Below are positions 59,158 through 64,000 of a stretch of 64,000 nt of DNA, piece after piece; the stretch's first letter is position 1, and each line of letters opens with the position of its first letter. This DNA is from Dokdonella sp. (GTDB taxonomy: Bacteria; Pseudomonadota; Gammaproteobacteria; Xanthomonadales; Rhodanobacteraceae). The translations under genes were made by a program, and so were the position numbers. Below the pieces are notes generated by a model that did not search any database, was not told the DNA's origin, and saw only the letters and a list, made by a program, of their open reading frames with translations. The stretch covers positions 6,855-70,854 of the forward strand of contig NZ_JBQCFP010000197.1 in the NCBI RefSeq assembly GCF_051958935.1. Reading direction: 5' to 3'.

Positions 59158-60701
59158 GAACGATGGACTCCCGCAAGGCCCTCAAGGCAGCCGCGATCGT
59201 GGTCGCGCTCGCCGCGCTCGCCGGCAAGGTGCTCTGGCGCGCGGACGAACGTGCCGCGGCGCCCGGCGCCGACCTCGTGCAGACGCCGGGCGAGCGCGGC
59301 TTCACGCTCGGCTCGCTCGCATTCGCACCGTGCGAACTCGACACCGGCCAGACCGCGGCGACGACCTCGGCCTGGTGCGCGCCGTTCCAGGTGCCCGAGG
59401 ACTGGCAGCATCCGGACGGTCGCCGCATCGACCTCAAGCTCGCGCTCGTGCGCGGCAGTGCGGCGCTCGCCGAGCGTGACCTCGTCGTGCTGCTCGCGGG
59501 GGGACCGGGCCAGGCCGCGACCGAGGCATGGCCGCGCGCGCGCGCGGGCTTCGCGCCGCTCCTCGAGCATCGCAACGTGCTGCTGCTCGACCAGCGCGGC
59601 ACGGGCGGCTCGAACGCGCTCGACTGCAAGCGGGGCGACGACGCCGAGGTCGAGCAGCCGTTCGACCTCGAGCGCGTGCGCGCGCAGACGCGCGCCTGCC
59701 TCGATACGGTGTCGGCCCACGCCAACCCGCGCTTCTACACGACCGGCGACGCGCTGCGGGACCTCGAAGCCGTGCGCGCCGCGCTCGGCGGCCCCGAGTT
59801 CGATCTCGTCGGCGTGTCCTACGGTACGCGCGTCGCACAGCAGTACGCGTCGCGCTATCCGCAAGGTGTGCGCAGCGTCGTTCTCGACAGCGCGGTGCCC
59901 AACGAGCATGTGCTCGGCACCGAATTCGCGCGCAACCTCGATGTCGCGCTGCAGGCGCAGTTCGCCGCCTGCAGCGCCACCCCCGCCTGTGCCAAGGCGT
60001 ACGGCGATCCGTGGGCGAACCTGCTGCGCCTGCGCGAACGCCTGCGCGCGGCGCCGGTCGACGTCGCCTATCGCGACCCGTTCGATCACGCGCAGCGCAC
60101 GATGCGGCTGGGGCCGACGGCGCTGGCCGGGCTCGTGCGCATGTACGCCTACCTACCCGAGACGAGCGCGCTGCTGCCGCTCGGCATCGCGCGCGCGCTG
60201 GATGGCGACTACGCCTCGCTCGCCGGGCAGATCCGCATGCTCGGCCGCGACCTCGAAAGCCTCGCCGACAACGCGATGCAGCTCTCGGTGATCTGCAGCG
60301 AGGACGCCGATCTGCTGCCGGCGCACAACGACGACGCGGCGACCCTGCTCGGCAGCGAATTCGTCGAGACGTTGCGCGCGCAATGCGCGATCTGGCCGCA
60401 CGGCACGCGCGCCGAGGACTTCCATGCGCCGTTCACGAGCGACAAGCCGGTGCTTCTGCTCGCCGGGGAATTCGACCCGGTGACGCCGCCGCGCTACGCC
60501 GAGCAGATCTCGAAAACCCTGCCGAACGGGCGCGTGCTCGTCGCGAAAGGACAGGGCCACAGCGTAATGGCGCGCGGCTGCCTGCCCAAGCTCGTCGCGC
60601 GCTTCGTCGACACGCTCGACGCGGCCGCGCTCGACGCCGGCTGCATCGCCGACTTTGCCGCGCAGCCTGCCTTCATCGACTTCAACGGAGCCGCGCCATG
60701 A
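59154..60701 (+). CDS. Exported alpha/beta hydrolase (tripeptidyl-aminopeptidase/TAP-like)
   Basis: Full track ORF with an N-terminal TM/signal segment. It has LLAGGPGQA, LLDQRGTGGS and the nucleophile elbow GVSYGT, plus a TAP-like C-terminal domain (GEFDPVTPP). Confidence 0.8.
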   Translation: MRTMDSRKALKAAAIVVALAALAGKVLWRADERAAAPGADLVQTPGERGFTLGSLAFAPCELDTGQTAATTSAWCAPFQVPEDWQHPDGRRIDLKLALVRGSAALAERDLVVLLAGGPGQAATEAWPRARAGFAPLLEHRNVLLLDQRGTGGSNALDCKRGDDAEVEQPFDLERVRAQTRACLDTVSAHANPRFYTTGDALRDLEAVRAALGGPEFDLVGVSYGTRVAQQYASRYPQGVRSVVLDSAVPNEHVLGTEFARNLDVALQAQFAACSATPACAKAYGDPWANLLRLRERLRAAPVDVAYRDPFDHAQRTMRLGPTALAGLVRMYAYLPETSALLPLGIARALDGDYASLAGQIRMLGRDLESLADNAMQLSVICSEDADLLPAHNDDAATLLGSEFVETLRAQCAIWPHGTRAEDFHAPFTSDKPVLLLAGEFDPVTPPRYAEQISKTLPNGRVLVAKGQGHSVMARGCLPKLVARFVDTLDAAALDAGCIADFAAQPAFIDFNGAAP

Positions 60702-61432
60702 TCGAGGCACGCGACCTGCACAAGGCATTCGGCGCCGTCGCCGCGGTGGACGGCGTCTCGTTCGTCGCACGCGACGGCGAGATCACCGGGCTGCTCGGTC
60801 CCAACGGCGCCGGCAAGACCACCACGCTGCGCATGCTCTACACGCTCATGCGGCCCGATCGCGGCGAGGTGCGCGTCGACGGCATCGACGCGGCCGCCGA
60901 CGCCGCGGCGGTACGCCGTCGGCTCGGCGTGCTGCCCGACGCGCGCGGCCTCTACAAGCGCCTCACCGCGTACGAGAACATCGAGTACTTCGCGCGCCTG
61001 CAGGGCATCGACGCGGTGACGCGCCGCCGCCGCATCGACGCGCTGGTCGCCGCGCTCGACATGCGCGACATCGCCGATCGCCGTACCGAAGGATTCTCCC
61101 AGGGCCAGCGCGTGAAGACCGCGATCGCGCGCGCGCTCGTGCACGACCCGCGCAACGTGATCCTCGACGAGCCGACCAACGGCCTCGACGTGATGGCGAC
61201 GCGCGCGATGCGCACGTTCATGCTGCGCCTCAGGCAGGAAGGACGCTGCGTGCTGTTTTCCAGCCACATCATGCAGGAGGTCGGCGCGCTGTGCGATCGC
61301 ATCGTCGTGATCGCGCGCGGACGCGTCGTCGCGGACGCCGCACCGGAAGCGCTGCGCGAGCAGACGGGCGCAGCGACGCTCGAGGACGCGTTCGTGGCGA
61401 TCATCGGTTCGGAAGAAGGCCTTGCCGCATGA
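60698..61432 (+). CDS. natA: ABC transporter ATP-binding protein (NatA-like)
   Basis: It is the tail of track ORF 59528..61432 (MIEARDLHKAFG...). It has GPNGAGKTT, FSQGQRVK and ILDEPTNGLD. Confidence 0.85.
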   Translation: MIEARDLHKAFGAVAAVDGVSFVARDGEITGLLGPNGAGKTTTLRMLYTLMRPDRGEVRVDGIDAAADAAAVRRRLGVLPDARGLYKRLTAYENIEYFARLQGIDAVTRRRRIDALVAALDMRDIADRRTEGFSQGQRVKTAIARALVHDPRNVILDEPTNGLDVMATRAMRTFMLRLRQEGRCVLFSSHIMQEVGALCDRIVVIARGRVVADAAPEALREQTGAATLEDAFVAIIGSEEGLAA

Positions 61433-62604
61433 GAGCCGCGCTGACCGTGTTCTGGAAGGAAGTGCGCGAGAACCTGCGCGACCGCCGCACCGTGCTCAAC
61501 ACGCTGCTGACCGGACCGTTGCTCGCGCCGCTGATGTTCGTGCTGATCATCAATGCGGCGGTCACGCGCGAACTCGACAAGGCGGACAAGCCGCTGCCCG
61601 TGCCGGTCGCCGGCGCCGCCAATGCGCCCAACCTCGTCGCCGCGCTGCGCCGCGCGGGCGTCCAGATCAAGGATGCGCCGGCCGACGCCGAGCGCGCGGT
61701 GCGCGAGCAGGACGTCGACCTCGTGCTGCGCATCCCGGCCGACTACGCGCAGGCCTGGGCGAAGGGCGACCCGGCCCAGGTCGAGCTCGTCTACGACCAG
61801 TCGCAGCGCGACGCGCAGGGATCGGTCGCGCGCCTGCACGCGTTGCTCGATGCGTACGCGCAGCAGACCGGCGCGCTGCGGCTCGTCGCGCGCGGCGTGT
61901 CGCCGAACGTGACACGTCCGCTCGTCGTCGCCGACCGCGACCAATCGACCGCGCAGGCGCGCAGCGGCACGCTGTTCGGAATGCTGCCGTACTTCTTCAT
62001 CCTCGGCGTGTTCATCGGCGGCATGGCGCTCGCGATCGACACGACCGCGGGCGAGCGCGAGCGGCAGTCGCTCGAACCACTGCTCGTCAATCCGGTCGGC
62101 CGCGGCGCCATCCTCGCCGGCAAGCTCGGCGCCACCGCCGCGTTCGCGTTCACCAGCCTCGTGCTCAGCATCGTCGCGTTCTCGATCGCGGGGCGCTTCC
62201 TGCCGACCGCCAAGCTCGGCATGAGCGTCGAGCTCGGTGCGTCGTTCGCCTTCGCGACGCTGTTGGTGATGCTGCCGCTGGTCGTCCTGCTGGCGAGCCT
62301 GCAGACGCTCGCGGCCGCATTCGCCAAGAGCTTCCGCGAAGCACAGACCTACCTGTCGCTGCTGATGTTCGTGCCGGTGATCCCGACGCTGCTGCTGTCG
62401 CTGTTCCCGCTCAAGACGCAGACCTGGATGTACGCGGTACCGCTGATGGGCCAGCAGGTGTCGATCATCCGTCTGCTGCGCGGCGACTCGATCGCGCCGT
62501 ACCAGCTTGCCCTGTGTTTCGGCGCGACCGCCTTCGCGGCGCTGCTCGCCTGCCTCATGACGGCGTGGGTGTATCGGAGTGAGCGGTTGGCGATTTCGGG
62601 CTGA
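61429..62604 (+). CDS. natB: ABC-2 family permease (NatB-like)
   Basis: It is the tail of track ORF 60655..62604 (MRAALTVFWKEVRENLRDRRTVLNTLL...). It has a large extracytoplasmic loop followed by five TM segments. Confidence 0.8.
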   Translation: MRAALTVFWKEVRENLRDRRTVLNTLLTGPLLAPLMFVLIINAAVTRELDKADKPLPVPVAGAANAPNLVAALRRAGVQIKDAPADAERAVREQDVDLVLRIPADYAQAWAKGDPAQVELVYDQSQRDAQGSVARLHALLDAYAQQTGALRLVARGVSPNVTRPLVVADRDQSTAQARSGTLFGMLPYFFILGVFIGGMALAIDTTAGERERQSLEPLLVNPVGRGAILAGKLGATAAFAFTSLVLSIVAFSIAGRFLPTAKLGMSVELGASFAFATLLVMLPLVVLLASLQTLAAAFAKSFREAQTYLSLLMFVPVIPTLLLSLFPLKTQTWMYAVPLMGQQVSIIRLLRGDSIAPYQLALCFGATAFAALLACLMTAWVYRSERLAISG

Positions 62605-62605
62605 A

Positions 62606-62803
62606 GGCTGAGGGCCCGCAGCTGAAATGCGGCGTCACGTGGGGCGACTGTGGTCGTCTCGCGCATCCGTTCGCGCTGATCGCGGCCCGCGAAGCGGGCG
62701 AAGTCGAAGCGCCTTCGCGATGGCCCTTCGACTCCGGCCTGCGGCCTGCGCTCAGGGCGAACGGCGAACGAATGCCGATGACCGCGGCTCTCAGCCCTCA
62801 GCC
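62606..62803. repeat. About 200-bp GC-rich intergenic element bounded by a 10-bp inverted repeat (GGCTGAGGGC / GCCCTCAGCC)
   Basis: The inverted repeats lie at 62606-62615 and 62794-62803. The interior has no credible ORF. It contains the stretch CCCTTCGACTCCGGCCTGCGGCCTGCGCTCAGGGCGAACGGCG, which resembles the FDxLRANG-type REP/MITE sequences common in GC-rich proteobacteria. Confidence 0.3.
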
Positions 62804-62913
62804 GCCCTCACCGCTAATCCATAAGCCCCAAATCTCCGCCCCTGCTGCACCGCAGCGCACCGGGCGCTATCCTACGAGGTTGCGGGCGCCATTCGCCCGC
62901 GGGAGCGGCACGC

Positions 62914-63816
62914 GTGATCAAGTGGATCGTCCTGGTGGTGTTTCTCGCCTGCGCGGCGTACGTGCATTTCCGCGGGCGCGTGCGACTGCGCATGACGCGC
63001 CAGATCACCGACCACTCCACGTTCATGGCGCCGCTCAACGTGCTGCTTTATGCGTGCTCGGGCGTGCCGAATGGGCGCTACGTCGGCGTCGAGCGCTTCC
63101 CCGAGCTCGAGCCGTTGCGCGAGCGCTGGCAGGAGATCCGCGCCGAAGCGCTCGCCCTGCGCGAGGCGCAGCAGATCAAGTCGTCCGACCGGCACAACGA
63201 CGTCGGTTTCAATTCGTTCTTCCGCCGCGGCTGGAAGCGCTTCTATCTCAAGTGGTACGACGATGCGCATCCATCCGCGCGCGAACTGTGCCCGCGCACG
63301 ACCGAACTGCTCCGCTCGATTCCGAGCGTGAAGGCCGCGATGTTCGCCGAGCTGCCGCCCGGCGGCGAGCTGCGCAGGCACCGCGATCCGTACGCCGGCT
63401 CGCTGCGCTACCACCTCGGCCTCGTGACGCCGGGCGACGACCGCTGCTACATCGAAGTCGACGGCGAGCGCTACAGCTGGCGCGACGGTGAAGCGGTGAT
63501 GTTCGACGAGACCTACATCCACCGCGCCGAGAACGGCACGGATGCGAACCGCATCATCCTGTTCTGCGACATCGAGCGGCCGATGCGCTGGCGCTGGGCG
63601 GCCGCGCTCAACCGTTTCGTCGCGCGCCACTTCGTCGCCGCGGCGAGTTCGCCCAACACCGACGCCGACCGCACCGGCGGCCTCAACCGCGCGTTCGGCT
63701 ATTTCTACAAGCTGCGCCAGCCGGCCAAGCGCCTGCGCGAGTGGAACAAGCACGTCTACTACGTCGTCAAGTTCGGCGTGATCGGTGCGCTGCTGTACCT
63801 GATCTTCCTGCACTGA
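62914..63816 (+). CDS. lpxO: Lipid A hydroxylase LpxO (aspartyl/asparaginyl beta-hydroxylase family, Fe2+/2-oxoglutarate dependent)
   Basis: Full track ORF with a GTG start. It has an N-terminal TM segment, then HRDPYAGSLRYHLGL and EAVMFDETYIH, and a C-terminal TM segment. Confidence 0.88.
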   Translation: MIKWIVLVVFLACAAYVHFRGRVRLRMTRQITDHSTFMAPLNVLLYACSGVPNGRYVGVERFPELEPLRERWQEIRAEALALREAQQIKSSDRHNDVGFNSFFRRGWKRFYLKWYDDAHPSARELCPRTTELLRSIPSVKAAMFAELPPGGELRRHRDPYAGSLRYHLGLVTPGDDRCYIEVDGERYSWRDGEAVMFDETYIHRAENGTDANRIILFCDIERPMRWRWAAALNRFVARHFVAAASSPNTDADRTGGLNRAFGYFYKLRQPAKRLREWNKHVYYVVKFGVIGALLYLIFLH

Positions 63817-64000
63817 AGCCGACGCGTGCCGGCGCGCCCGCGCCGGCGGCCGCGACGCGGCTGCGAGGATCCCTGCGACCCGAGGCACGGCCGCCACGTC
63901 GACGACGGCTGTCAGTCGAACCCCCGCGATTGCGTAAAGACCCGAAACGGACCTTCGGAGAACTTGCATGTCGCGCCATTCCCTTCTGTCACTGGTGCTG

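Noticed and set aside
63968-64000. An ATG at 63968 opens MSRHSLLSLVL... at the right window edge.
   Set aside because: Only 11 codons are visible, too little to call a gene or a product.

Overview
Very GC-rich (about 70% by eye) bacterial chromosomal segment. Gene content and the type of intergenic REP hairpins suggest a Xanthomonadales/Lysobacterales-like gammaproteobacterium, but that is inference only. I call 58 protein-coding genes and one tRNA-Arg(CCG). I found no rRNA, no CRISPR array, and no transposase, integrase or phage genes. Most long Arg/Ala/Pro-rich ORFs in the six-frame track are wrong-frame artefacts of the GC content. Many true genes start at an internal Met of a longer track ORF, and I re-derived those starts from the sequence.

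Layout from left to right:
- 1-7.4 kb: cbb3 oxidase cluster, ccoNOQP, a small membrane ORF, ccoG, a short fixH-like gene and ccoI (truncated by the window edge).
- 7.4-14.3 kb: five CRP/FNR-type palindromes sit upstream of ccoN, a GNAT gene, a small-protein/tandem-Usp operon, adhP and a DUF190/cytochrome b561/P-type ATPase operon. This looks like a compact low-oxygen regulon.
- 14.4-16 kb: tRNA-Arg, cytochrome c5 and acpH.
- 16-21.6 kb: an ECF sigma factor translationally coupled to a Hanks kinase-TM-TPR protein and to a secreted jelly-roll protein. That last reading frame continues in coding-like fashion past an in-frame TAG. A CSLREA/beta-helix secreted protein lies next to it.
- 21.6-30.5 kb: housekeeping genes (hydrolase-zapE-GT39-queF operon, LysM protein, lipoprotein, DegV, monomeric icd).
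- 31-38.2 kb: a 908-aa fusion of an OmpR-type winged helix, a Hanks kinase, a TM segment and TPR repeats. It is flanked by two large secreted beta-propeller-like proteins that share a C-terminal F-R-N-G-[FY]-D tail.
- 38.2-46.6 kb: DUF1328, two methyltransferases, rluE, an ArsR/EamA pair and hrpB.
- 46.7-50 kb: two paralogous secreted proteins of unknown function flanking tatD.
- 50.2-53.6 kb: pirin, yadGH and an FNR-family reductase.
- 53.6-58.3 kb: a Csu/SCPU-type chaperone-usher pilus operon with a textbook sigma-54 promoter.
- 58.6-62.6 kb: a five-gene translationally coupled operon (membrane protein, XRE HTH, alpha/beta hydrolase, natAB).
- 62.9-63.8 kb: lpxO.

The most interesting candidates are the two parallel modules of DNA-binding output, Hanks kinase-TM-TPR sensor and secreted repeat proteins, together with the FNR-box island. 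All family names come from motif recognition by eye, because no database search was possible.
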